A stretch of 35,326 bases of DNA, taken from Candidatus Uhrbacteria bacterium (lineage in GTDB: Bacteria > Patescibacteriota > Patescibacteriia > JACQSD01). The notes beneath the pieces are model-generated. The model saw only the letters and a list, made by a program, of their open reading frames with translations. It had not been told where the DNA came from and ran no database searches. The DNA is taken from contig JACQSD010000025.1 in NCBI GenBank assembly GCA_016206165.1, positions 1-35,326 on the forward strand. Direction: 5' to 3'. The translations under genes were made by a program, and so were the position numbers. This document shows, in pieces, positions 18,007 through 27,042 of this stretch. The first letter of the stretch is position 1, and each line of letters starts with the position of its first letter.

Positions 18007-19239
18007 CTAACTGGTCATGAGGAGCAACCAGTAGAGGACACCGCGCCAGAACTGTTCCGGATCCGGGTTGAACGTCGGGGTGTGGTGGTCCCCCGACTCC
18101 GGACGCTTCGCGCCGAGCATGAAGAAACTTCCCGGCACCTTCTGGAGGTACCACGCGAAGTCTTCACCTCCGAGCTCGAGTCCCTGGGTCTTCGTTTCCT
18201 GACCAGCGCTCTCGAGCAGCGCTTTGACCCCGGCCACGGACTCCGGCGTGTTGATGAGTGCCGGATGCCCGTAGACGTACTCCCAGCCATCGACCACCTT
18301 GTCGTTCTCGATGGCCTCCACCTTCGCGTCCGGGTAGAGCGCGACGATGGCGCGGACGAACGCCTCGAGTTGCTTCGCGAACGCCATGCGTTCGTCCATC
18401 GGAAGGACGTTCCGGTTCGCGAACCACATGTCGACATCCGACGGCCGGATGTTCGATCCGGTTCCCGCCTTGAAGACCGCCGGAACAAGGCTCGAAGGTT
18501 CGGTTCCCCCGAGCGTGCGGAGCGCGAAACCGTTGAGCGCGTTGCAGAGGTGCACGCCGATGTCGATCGCGTTCGAGCCCCGGTGCGGGCTCATGACGTG
18601 ACCGCCCGAACACCGGACGCGAACGCGGAACCGATCCGAGTTCGCCATGGCACCCCCAGGGCGAGCCTGGAAGACGCCGGGAGTTCCTTCCTCGCTCGTC
18701 CAGATGTGGAGGCCATGTGCCGACTCGATGCCGTCGCAGACCCCGCCTTCGAAGACGAGCTTGTATCCCCCCGACGGCGTCACCGGGTTCTCCTCCGCCC
18801 GCTGGAACACGAATCGGAGATTCCTGGACGGCGTTACGCCACATTCGGCCATGGCGAGCATCGCAGCCATGAGCATGGCCGAGTGCACGTCGTGACCGCA
18901 AGCGTGCATGACGCCCGCGTGCTCGGAGGCGAACGAAAGGCCGGTCGCCTCCTGGATCGGAAGAGCATCGACGTCCGCACGGAGCAGACGTCGGGGCAGC
19001 TTCGGGTCGACCGTGTAGTCGATCCAGATCCCACCGTCTCCTTCGACGATTTGCGTCCCGCCGAACTGGAGTTTCGGAAAGATGTCATGGGTGACGCCGT
19101 GGGTGATGTATTCGAGGGTCGTTGTTTCCTCTTGGCTGAAACGGACACCCGGATGCTGGTGCATCCACTGGCGCCACTCTTGCATCCGCGCCACGACGCT
19201 GTGTGCCGCGCCGACGAGGTGCTGCATTTCGGTCAACAT
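18007..19239 (-). CDS. M20 family amidohydrolase (second copy, GC-rich)
   Basis: MHQHP, RADVDALP, MHACGHD, FQRAEE, GLH, GGH, GGEDF, HHTPTF; SD AAGGAG. Confidence 0.92.
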   Translation of the reverse strand: MLTEMQHLVGAAHSVVARMQEWRQWMHQHPGVRFSQEETTTLEYITHGVTHDIFPKLQFGGTQIVEGDGGIWIDYTVDPKLPRRLLRADVDALPIQEATGLSFASEHAGVMHACGHDVHSAMLMAAMLAMAECGVTPSRNLRFVFQRAEENPVTPSGGYKLVFEGGVCDGIESAHGLHIWTSEEGTPGVFQARPGGAMANSDRFRVRVRCSGGHVMSPHRGSNAIDIGVHLCNALNGFALRTLGGTEPSSLVPAVFKAGTGSNIRPSDVDMWFANRNVLPMDERMAFAKQLEAFVRAIVALYPDAKVEAIENDKVVDGWEYVYGHPALINTPESVAGVKALLESAGQETKTQGLELGGEDFAWYLQKVPGSFFMLGAKRPESGDHHTPTFNPDPEQFWRGVLYWLLLMTS

Positions 19240-19392
19240 AATTCCGTACTCCTTCTGTCTGTGGTGGGCATTTTGCCCTGGTTGATCCGCGCCGTTCCAG
19301 GTGAATCTACGATTGTATTCTCAAGCGTCCCTTTCGAAGACGCTGAAATCGGATGAGTTTTGAGAGACCAAACAATAATTCTCCAGCCCGAC

Positions 19393-19421
19393 AATTTACC
19401 ATTTCGTCTCACTATTGTCAA
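19393..19421 (-). promoter_or_regulatory. Sigma70-type promoter for the minus-strand amidohydrolase
   Basis: TTGACA (19421-19416)-17 bp-TAAATT (19398-19393) with TG extension. Confidence 0.6.
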
Positions 19422-19424
19422 GTA

Positions 19425-19467
19425 TTTCGTCAAGTTTTCGTCAAGTTTGTCGAGTTTTCGTCGAGTT
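19425..19467. repeat. ~11-bp tandem repeat, about 4 copies
   Basis: tttcgtcaagt tttcgtcaagt ttgtcgagt tttcgtcgagt. Confidence 0.8.
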
Positions 19468-19553
19468 CTGATTCGTTAACTCCCATACAGAATTTCGATA
19501 CAAGAATATGCCATAAAAGTATAGATCACCAGTACACGTTATAAATTCAACAG

Positions 19554-19587
19554 AACGTCTTTTGATCCGATCGGATCAAAAGACGTT
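19554..19587. repeat. 34-bp perfect palindrome, copy 1
   Basis: aacgtcttttgatccga|tcggatcaaaagacgtt. Confidence 0.97.
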
Positions 19588-19656
19588 TGGTGCAAAGAAT
19601 CGTCGTTTATGATACAATTGTATGCAGAGTATTGAGGTATACCGGTCTCTATCGCT

Positions 19657-20226
19657 ATGCGTAAAAAAGAAGAGAAAAAGCAACTATCACTGACAAAACA
19701 AGTACTATCCTTTATCGCTGCAAAATGCATTGAGGCAGGCGCTGGATTGATCACGGCAACGGTGAACTCCATCGAGTACCCACACGTTTTTCCAGAGTTT
19801 GTGGAAGGTATTCGCGCTGAGCGTGCATATTGGGAGCACAAGCGTGTGCACCGTGCGATACAGGAATTGCACAGGCATAAATTTATTACGATGCGCAAGA
19901 AGGGGAATAAACTCGTCATCCAACTTACTGAAGACGGCCGTATTCATTATCTGCGTCAACAAATACAATGTGCATCTTCATGTATACCTGGAGAATGTAT
20001 TATGGTTACCTTCGATATCCCGGAAGCGGCGCGGAGCGCGCGACTGCATTTCCGTCGTTTTCTGAAAGACTGCAATTTCTATCAATTACAAAAAAGTGTT
20101 TGGGTCTGTGAGAAAGCAGTACTACCAAATTTATTGCAGTTCATTGATATCACGAATGTGGGGCAATGGGTCCACGCGTTTGTTGCCAAAGAAGTCAAAC
20201 ATCCAAAGCTCAAGAAGAAAAAATAA
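19657..20226 (+). CDS. PaaX-like protein: winged-helix segment plus Cas2-like ferredoxin-fold domain
   Basis: RVHRAIQELHRHKFI...IQLTEDG (wHTH wing) followed by VTFDIPE...RRFLK...QLQKSVWV. Confidence 0.85.
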   Translation: MRKKEEKKQLSLTKQVLSFIAAKCIEAGAGLITATVNSIEYPHVFPEFVEGIRAERAYWEHKRVHRAIQELHRHKFITMRKKGNKLVIQLTEDGRIHYLRQQIQCASSCIPGECIMVTFDIPEAARSARLHFRRFLKDCNFYQLQKSVWVCEKAVLPNLLQFIDITNVGQWVHAFVAKEVKHPKLKKKK

Positions 20227-20230
20227 GAGA

Positions 20231-20264
20231 AACGTCTTTTGATCCGATCGGATCAAAAGACGTT
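20231..20264. repeat. 34-bp perfect palindrome, copy 2
   Basis: Identical to 19554-19587; identity extends through tggtg (39-bp direct repeat, to 19592 and 20269). Confidence 0.97.
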
Positions 20265-20289
20265 TGGTGATAATACGCTTTTTATACGT

Positions 20290-21753
20290 ATGAATTTACA
20301 GGAGTTGACTTCGGCGATAAAAAAGGAAGACTGGGAATACCTTGTCGATCGGCGGGAGACGGTGTTGCACCGGTCGTTTACTGCTGCGTGTTACGATTAT
20401 TTTTTTGAGGAGACGGGAATAAAGATTTCTCGAGCGACGGTGGTACGTCCCGGGGGCGACGTGTGGTATCCGCAGAGTGTTCTTGAAAAAGTACGAGAGA
20501 CATTTCGTCGGGGCGGCGTCGCACGATGCCTTGATTTTCAGAAGCGCCTTATCCGAACCGTTCGTGCACTCGACCGATTAGCAACGCGATATGAAAGGCG
20601 AAAATCATTTGCACATTTTTCTGATGTACAATTGCGTCGCATGCTCTCCGAATTTGTCACGTTCACCATTCGTGCGAATGCGTTTCTTCTTCCATTCCCC
20701 GTAGCAGACGGCGTGATTGTCGATCTGATTCGCGCCGAACTCCCTCAAGCCTCGCGAGATCAACAAACAGAATGGATTTGTACGTTGACGTTTCCAGTGA
20801 AAGAGAATGCACATGCGCGTGAGCTGCGATCGCTTCTCATGCTTGCACAGAGGAGTAATGAGCAGCGGATCGTAAAACATCGTCAGCGTTTTTCATGGAT
20901 TGGCGCGCGGGGGCTTTGGTGGCAGGATGCATGGACGCCGGCGATGATCCGTGCGCGCATTCATGCTTCCCACGCTGCAGGGAAGAATCCAGTAGAGGTG
21001 ATTGCAGAGCAGCGCGCAGTGCGTCGAGCAATCATGTATGACGCACGTCGTCTTACGCAGACGCTCGCGATCAAACATGGATCACGCCTTGCGAAGCTGA
21101 TCGCGATCGCGCGTGACTATGCATATCTCCGCACATGGCGTACTGATGTTGTCTATGGATCGAGTTATCGCGCGCGTGGATTGTTCCAGGAACTTGCACG
21201 GCGGAGTCATGTTGATTATTTTCACCTTCCGTATCTGACGTTTCAAGAATTTCAGGAACTCGTTCTTACGTTTCGATTTCCGATTACTCAACAGGAGCTG
21301 CGTCGTCGCATTGCCGCAGGCAAGGATTATCTCGTGACGATTCGTTGTGGACGCGAGTATTTTGTATACACGGGAAAGCGATGGGTTGCATATTTTCAAA
21401 AACTTGTGCGTGGCAATACACAACAATCACGCGTGACCGCAGTGCGAGGAAGCATTGCATATCCCGGCGTGGTTCGTGGGCGGGCGCGGATTGTGCTATC
21501 AACAGACGATTTGTCCAAAGTACGCCGGGGTGATATTCTCGTTGCAGTGATGACGTTTCCTAATTTCATCCCCGCGATGGAAAAAGCAGCAGCATTTGTA
21601 ACCGATGAAGGGGGTATTCTCTGCCACGCATCGATCGTCTCTCGTGAAATGGGAAAACCGTGCGTCATTGGGACAAAGTCGGCGACCACAGTGTTTCGCG
21701 ATGGAGATCGCATTGAAGTTGATGCAACGCATTGTATTGTGAGAAAACTATGA
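20290..21753 (+). CDS. Paralogue 3: N-terminal domain plus phospho-His swivel domain
   Basis: VTDEGGILCHASIVSREMGKPCVIG; start moved to ATG 20290. Confidence 0.9.
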   Translation: MNLQELTSAIKKEDWEYLVDRRETVLHRSFTAACYDYFFEETGIKISRATVVRPGGDVWYPQSVLEKVRETFRRGGVARCLDFQKRLIRTVRALDRLATRYERRKSFAHFSDVQLRRMLSEFVTFTIRANAFLLPFPVADGVIVDLIRAELPQASRDQQTEWICTLTFPVKENAHARELRSLLMLAQRSNEQRIVKHRQRFSWIGARGLWWQDAWTPAMIRARIHASHAAGKNPVEVIAEQRAVRRAIMYDARRLTQTLAIKHGSRLAKLIAIARDYAYLRTWRTDVVYGSSYRARGLFQELARRSHVDYFHLPYLTFQEFQELVLTFRFPITQQELRRRIAAGKDYLVTIRCGREYFVYTGKRWVAYFQKLVRGNTQQSRVTAVRGSIAYPGVVRGRARIVLSTDDLSKVRRGDILVAVMTFPNFIPAMEKAAAFVTDEGGILCHASIVSREMGKPCVIGTKSATTVFRDGDRIEVDATHCIVRKL

Positions 21754-23075
21754 CATTTGCTTTGCCACGACATCAATACCTGCGCACTGTGCGGCGGCCA
21801 TATCCGCCTTTTTATGCGTCTCTGATTTTTACAGGATCGGCGAATCCAAAGCATTATTATTTCGCGCTCAAAAAACCATCCACGGTCCGCAATATTATTG
21901 TATGTGATGGGGTTTGGTATTATGTTGCGCGGGAACTTAGGGCATGTGGGCGCGCTGCATTTCGTGAATGGAATAGTGCACAGATCATCGCCCGTGTTCA
22001 AAGGGCTTTCGTGCAACGTGAACAGGAATTGATGCGAGCGACAAAAACTAATTTGCATACATACGTTAAAGCGTACGAAAGATACATGCCAGCACTACAA
22101 ACTATCTGGAACTTAGATTCGTTCGTTGCCGCTGCTGTTCGTCACGCCATGCATCGAAAATTTCACGCACCAGCAGTGGAGGAGTTGATGGATACATTAA
22201 ACATCCCACTGCAAAATAACTTTTATAAACAAGAAGAATGTGATTTGTTGAATACGCGAGACCTCCATGCGCACGTTCGAAAATATGATTGGATTCATTC
22301 TCGTTATGGAGAAGTGCGCCCGTATACGATCGCGGAAGCACGTGCGAAGCGGGCAGGGATGGATAAAACGGCATTGATTGCTGGATGGAGGAAGGAAAAA
22401 AGAAAGGTCAGACGCGCTATCCGTGATGCAAAGCGCATGCTTGGGTCCCGCGCGTATCTTATTGATCTGCTTCAATTCATTATTTACTATCGAACGCAAC
22501 GAACGGACATCATTAATAAGAGCAGTTATCTCTTTGCGCCGAAACTTGCGCGCTTCGCCCACGCAAGGGGATTGACGTACGATCAGATGCTGCATTGCAC
22601 GAAAGATGAAGTACTCCAGGGTGCCCCATCGCGCACGATATTGAATGCACGAATTCGTCATCATGCAACGATTATTGATCGCGGGGGAGTCTCGGTGCTT
22701 GCTGGAAAAGACTATGATCGGATCAAAGCATTCGTTGATAAAGATGTCGCGCGTGTGAACAGGTTTTCCGGCTCCGTCGCGTCTCCCGGACGAGTTACCG
22801 GAATTGTAAAGATTATTTTAGGGCGCGACGATTTTTCAAAAATCAAAAAAGGAGATATTTTAGTTGCAGGTATGACCACGCCACAGATGCTTCCGATTAT
22901 GAAAAAAGCAGGAGCATTTGTCACGGATGAGGGCGGTATTACGTGTCACGCAGCCATTATTTCGCGCGAGCTCAAGAAGCCGTGTATCATCGGAACAAAA
23001 GTTGCCACTCGCGTTCTCAAAGACGGCGATCGCGTGGAGGTGGATGCCGAGCGTGGGATAGTACGAAGGCTGTGA
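21750..23075 (+). CDS. Paralogue 4: N-terminal domain plus phospho-His swivel domain
   Basis: VTDEGGITCHAAIISRELKKPCIIG; ATGA overlap with paralogue 3. Confidence 0.9.
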   Translation: MTFALPRHQYLRTVRRPYPPFYASLIFTGSANPKHYYFALKKPSTVRNIIVCDGVWYYVARELRACGRAAFREWNSAQIIARVQRAFVQREQELMRATKTNLHTYVKAYERYMPALQTIWNLDSFVAAAVRHAMHRKFHAPAVEELMDTLNIPLQNNFYKQEECDLLNTRDLHAHVRKYDWIHSRYGEVRPYTIAEARAKRAGMDKTALIAGWRKEKRKVRRAIRDAKRMLGSRAYLIDLLQFIIYYRTQRTDIINKSSYLFAPKLARFAHARGLTYDQMLHCTKDEVLQGAPSRTILNARIRHHATIIDRGGVSVLAGKDYDRIKAFVDKDVARVNRFSGSVASPGRVTGIVKIILGRDDFSKIKKGDILVAGMTTPQMLPIMKKAGAFVTDEGGITCHAAIISRELKKPCIIGTKVATRVLKDGDRVEVDAERGIVRRL

Positions 23076-23091
23076 CCTCGCCCACGCGAAG

Positions 23092-23112
23092 GCCCCGGGT
23101 TTATCCCGGGGC
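23092..23112. other. GC-rich hairpin (REP-like or terminator)
   Basis: gccccggg-tttat-cccggggc. Confidence 0.6.
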
Positions 23113-23152
23113 GACGAAAGGAATTGCTCGTAAATTAACGGAGTGAAAAAAT

Positions 23153-23998
23153 ATGATAGAACGACAAATAGGCATATCTGAATTTTCTGAACCAGAGCAA
23201 CCCATTCTTTCTCCAGAAGATCAGCAGGTTATTGAATTTGGACTCCACGCGTTGCAAGAATGGCTGCAAAAAAAGAAGAATGAGGAGCTTCCGACGTGCG
23301 TTATATTTCTCGAAACTTCCGCACGCCCTTTTTATGCTGCGGTCGCTCCGATCCTGAAGTCGCTGTATTCATCCCGCGATCTCCCTTCGCCCTCATACCA
23401 TTTCCTTGTGACACCGCCTCGAGATTCTGATGCGCGCGCAGTAGAATGGCGTGAAGCGCAGGCGCAACGTCTTCAAGAGGTCATTGGATCTGCGCGGCCG
23501 GGAAATATTTTAATGGTAGATGATTTCTTATTTCATGGAGAAACGATTTCGCAGATTAATACTTTAAAGCCATTGGTTTGTCCTGGTGTGAAACTCGATT
23601 TCTTTGTATTCTTTGATACGGAGAATCGCCATAAAACAATGCCGGGCGTCGTCGCGGGGGTATGTCAGGACGATCTTCAGTCGTACGATGTAATTCGGAA
23701 AATAACCTGGAAGAAGGAACTGAGCAACTTTACCGGTTTCCGATTTACAAGTAAGGGGGTTTTTCCGCGGCATGAAGGAGTAGCAGCGATCGGACAGCGT
23801 GGTAAGGAGGCGGTCATTGGTGTGCGAGAACAAGAGAACCCATCGAAAAAAACAGAGCGATCCCCAGATGCAAATCAAGGGAAGATCCAGCAGATAAGAG
23901 CGGAAATGTCTGCAATTGCCGAGAAGGTTCTTTCCGATACGCAATGGAATAAAGCGGATGCTATTAGTAAACTTGAAGCAGAGCATATTGAATTTTAA
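23153..23998 (+). CDS. Hypothetical protein with a type I phosphoribosyltransferase-like PRPP-binding loop
   Basis: NILMVDDFLFHGETI fits hhhVDDhhxxGxT; VIFLETSARP in the preceding strand. Confidence 0.65.
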   Translation: MIERQIGISEFSEPEQPILSPEDQQVIEFGLHALQEWLQKKKNEELPTCVIFLETSARPFYAAVAPILKSLYSSRDLPSPSYHFLVTPPRDSDARAVEWREAQAQRLQEVIGSARPGNILMVDDFLFHGETISQINTLKPLVCPGVKLDFFVFFDTENRHKTMPGVVAGVCQDDLQSYDVIRKITWKKELSNFTGFRFTSKGVFPRHEGVAAIGQRGKEAVIGVREQENPSKKTERSPDANQGKIQQIRAEMSAIAEKVLSDTQWNKADAISKLEAEHIEF

Positions 23999-24036
23999 TA
24001 TTCTTCATTGCGGATTACGACTATAGATTATTGATT

Positions 24037-25326
24037 ATGGATATCACCGAACTTAAAAAGAAGGTCCTGTCATACACATGGGAATACTGGGCGGCGCGGC
24101 CGTTTGGGGCGTTTATTATGTCCATTTTTCGTGAAGGAAATACGCGTCCCTTTATGCGGAGAGTTGGTGTGGATGCGGAATTTCCCGTGACGCTTTTTCA
24201 GAAAGGCGCGTTTTATAAGAGTGAAAAGGTGTTTGATGATTTTTCAGCGCAACTCGCGCGAAATATTAAAAGGGGCGTTACGGTATTCGATATCGTGCGG
24301 TCATGTGAGGAATTTCACGTGCGCGAGCGGAAGCATATTGAAGAGTTACTTAAAAAGAAAATGGATCCCATTCATAAATTGCGCGAGCTTCACGATATCT
24401 GTGCGTTACTCTTTTCGTACGTCTGGATTACGCATGGACTGGAACATCTTTATCTTGGGCAACTCCAAAATGAGGCTCCACGGTATACGCGCGGTGATGT
24501 TGCGAAATTCATTGGCGATATTAGTTTCCCGATCAAGAAAAATGCACACGCATATTTTTTGGAGGCGCTCGCGTCACGTGCATCACTCGCGAGTATTCAG
24601 AAACAATTTGCATGGATCAAAGTACGCGATGGGTTTAGTGCAGGATTTACATTGGAAGAGCTTGGTGTAGAGCGGGCGAAGATACGAAAGCAGGGGAGGA
24701 GTCACGCCGTGCCTCATGTGCGTATACCAACAGGATTGAAAAATCTCGCAGCGATTGCACAGGAGCTCGTGTATTTCCGAACGCTCCGCACGGATATTTT
24801 GTATGAATTCTTGTTTCTTGCTCGACCAATTTTGAAGAGCGTCGCGAAGAAATACGGTATACCTTTTTTAGAACTCCGCAATTACGCGATTCAAGATCTT
24901 ATCGCAGGGAAACCAAAAGCATATCCGCCGGCGGTCTGCGTCATTTCGTACGGCAAAGAGTTCGCGATTCTTGACGCACCTCTTGTTGACGACTCGCTTG
25001 GCGCTGTTCGGGAACTTAAAGGTGTCATTGCATTCAAAGGTGTTGTACGTGGCATTGCAAAAATTGTGAAAGTCGCGCATGAGATTGGGAAAGTACAAGA
25101 AGGTGACATTATCATTGCGCCGACCACTGCCCCATCATTTATTTTTGGTATGAAGCGCGCCGCCGCATTTGTCACGGAGGAGGGTGGGATTACCTCGCAT
25201 GCTGCAATCGTTGCACGCGAAATGAAAAAGCCATGTATCATCGGAACAAAGATCGCGACGAGAGTATTCAAAGACGGCGACCGTGTGGAAGTTGACGCTG
25301 AACGAGGGATTATTCGTAGGATTTGA
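24037..25326 (+). CDS. Paralogue 5: N-terminal domain plus phospho-His swivel domain
   Basis: VTEEGGITSHAAIVAREMKKPCIIG. Confidence 0.9.
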   Translation: MDITELKKKVLSYTWEYWAARPFGAFIMSIFREGNTRPFMRRVGVDAEFPVTLFQKGAFYKSEKVFDDFSAQLARNIKRGVTVFDIVRSCEEFHVRERKHIEELLKKKMDPIHKLRELHDICALLFSYVWITHGLEHLYLGQLQNEAPRYTRGDVAKFIGDISFPIKKNAHAYFLEALASRASLASIQKQFAWIKVRDGFSAGFTLEELGVERAKIRKQGRSHAVPHVRIPTGLKNLAAIAQELVYFRTLRTDILYEFLFLARPILKSVAKKYGIPFLELRNYAIQDLIAGKPKAYPPAVCVISYGKEFAILDAPLVDDSLGAVRELKGVIAFKGVVRGIAKIVKVAHEIGKVQEGDIIIAPTTAPSFIFGMKRAAAFVTEEGGITSHAAIVAREMKKPCIIGTKIATRVFKDGDRVEVDAERGIIRRI

Positions 25327-25350
25327 CAGGTGCTTGCGTCATGCTATACT
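25323..25350 (+). promoter_or_regulatory. Promoter of the toxin-antitoxin pair
   Basis: TTGACA-16 bp-TATACT with TG extension; followed by repeated (A)AGTATTA/ATTACTA boxes, possible RHH operator. Confidence 0.7.
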
Positions 25351-25379
25351 AGGATTACTAAGTATTAATAAGTATTACT

Positions 25380-25613
25380 ATGCGTACTTCATCTGTCTTA
25401 ACCATCTCACTCCCACCGTCGATGGTCCGCGATCTCGAACGTGTGACGAAAAAGACGCAAATGACGCGCTCGGAACTTCTTCGTGCAGCGTTACGCCGTT
25501 TTTTTGAGGAAGAAAATGCCATGGACGCGATCCGTATTGCGAATACGGAGCGTGCACAAGGAAAACTCAAACTCCTTCCTAAAGGTGGGCTTGCACAACT
25601 TATGCATACGTAG
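25380..25613 (+). CDS. Ribbon-helix-helix (CopG-like) antitoxin
   Basis: LTISLPPSMVRDLE...TRSELLRAALRRF. Confidence 0.85.
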   Translation: MRTSSVLTISLPPSMVRDLERVTKKTQMTRSELLRAALRRFFEEENAMDAIRIANTERAQGKLKLLPKGGLAQLMHT

Positions 25614-25883
25614 ATGGCAGCCATACGTTTTATCTACTACACGTCGCATTTTGTTCGAGCAGCGAAGCGATTACCTGCAGAACTGCAGAGCGCTGCAGAG
25701 GAGCGGGAGTTGCTTTTTCGGCGCAATTGCTTTGATCCGCGACTCAAGACGCACAAGCTCTCTGGAAGACTCCGAGAGCTTTGGTCATTTTCTCTTGCGT
25801 ATAAGTATAGAATTGCTTTTCGTTTTGTCGATGGTACTACCGTAGAATTTGTTGATACTGGAGATCATGATATTTATCAATGA
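25614..25883 (+). CDS. RelE/YafQ-family toxin
   Basis: YTSHFVRAAKRL...LKTHKLSGRL...WSFSL..KYRIAF...GDHDIY. Confidence 0.88.
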   Translation: MAAIRFIYYTSHFVRAAKRLPAELQSAAEERELLFRRNCFDPRLKTHKLSGRLRELWSFSLAYKYRIAFRFVDGTTVEFVDTGDHDIYQ

Positions 25884-25887
25884 TTGT

Positions 25888-26994
25888 ATGCAAGTACTTG
25901 TGTCAAGAATTGATACTATCATCGCGCAGTATGGTCTCAAGCCGGCGACGCGGCGGAGGTTTCCGTTGCTCACGTTGAGTTGCATTGCTGAAGGGTACAC
26001 GCATGTGTTGCGACGCATGTTCGGTATTTCTGCGCATGCAGTCGGCGGGCTTGGGTCGCGCGATGAATGGCACACAATGTTGAATGAGCAGGCGATTGGC
26101 GATGGAGCGCGTGTGCTCATTCAAAAATATGGAGCTGATCTTGACGGAGAAGTTTTTATTCCTGTTCGTGCCGCGCTCGTAGCATGGACAAAAGAATGGA
26201 AGGTGATCGAACCGCTCATCACGCAGGATCCACAAAATTTTTTTCAGAGAATCGTTCGCCTTTATCCCACATACCTTGCCTGTCTCGGTCTCTATAATTG
26301 TTTCTGGCGGTACATTGGCGATCGCAGTGATGCTGAAGGATTGTCGAAGAAAGAAATAGATGCTCTTGGTGCAGAGCGCGATATCATGGCAAAAATTTAT
26401 CCTGAAGTTGAATCGCAGATCGCGAGCGCCGTCAAGAATTTTGGAGACGCGGAAGGATTTGACGGTGATCTTTTACGATATGCAACATATCGTGAATGTG
26501 TTGATGGGAAGGCAGACACACATGATCATGAATGGCTTTCTGAACTTGCGCGCAGAAGAGACAGATTCTTCTATCTTTACGCCGAAGAAGGTGCGCGTGA
26601 GTATCTTATCACTCACCGAAAGATGATCGCGGAGATCGAACGACGATATTATACGATTGATACCACAGTGAAAGAGGTGCAGGGGAATATCGCGCATGCG
26701 GGTTTTGTGCAAGGGACTGTTTTTAATCTTGCAGAATGGAAAGGTGCTAAGCCGGAACATTTGGCGCCAGGGACTATACTTGTGGCGGGGATGACACACC
26801 CGAGTGATAGTACGCTCATTCGCGAGGCAGCAGCGATCGTCACGGACGAGGGCGGGATTCTTTGCCATGCGTCCATTCTTGCGCGGGAGTTTAAGATCCC
26901 GACGGTGATCGGCACCAAGATTGCAACACGAGTATTTCATGATGGGGATCGCGTTGAATTCGATGCAGTGAAGGGAATTGTACGAAAGATCTAA
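25888..26994 (+). CDS. Paralogue 6 (short, 368 aa): N-terminal domain plus phospho-His swivel domain
   Basis: VTDEGGILCHASILAREFKIPTVIG. Confidence 0.88.
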   Translation: MQVLVSRIDTIIAQYGLKPATRRRFPLLTLSCIAEGYTHVLRRMFGISAHAVGGLGSRDEWHTMLNEQAIGDGARVLIQKYGADLDGEVFIPVRAALVAWTKEWKVIEPLITQDPQNFFQRIVRLYPTYLACLGLYNCFWRYIGDRSDAEGLSKKEIDALGAERDIMAKIYPEVESQIASAVKNFGDAEGFDGDLLRYATYRECVDGKADTHDHEWLSELARRRDRFFYLYAEEGAREYLITHRKMIAEIERRYYTIDTTVKEVQGNIAHAGFVQGTVFNLAEWKGAKPEHLAPGTILVAGMTHPSDSTLIREAAAIVTDEGGILCHASILAREFKIPTVIGTKIATRVFHDGDRVEFDAVKGIVRKI

Positions 26995-27042
26995 AGCCTC
27001 CATTGTCTTATTCGCGCGAATGGTAGAATAACAAAAGTGACT

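Noticed and set aside
17968-19356. 462-aa plus-strand ORF
   Set aside because: Antisense shadow of the GC-rich M20 amidohydrolase, which carries all family motifs on the minus strand.
19554-20269. CRISPR array with cas2
   Set aside because: Only two repeats, separated by ~640 bp containing a gene; no cas1 or effector genes. The protein has a wHTH N-terminus typical of PaaX-like proteins.
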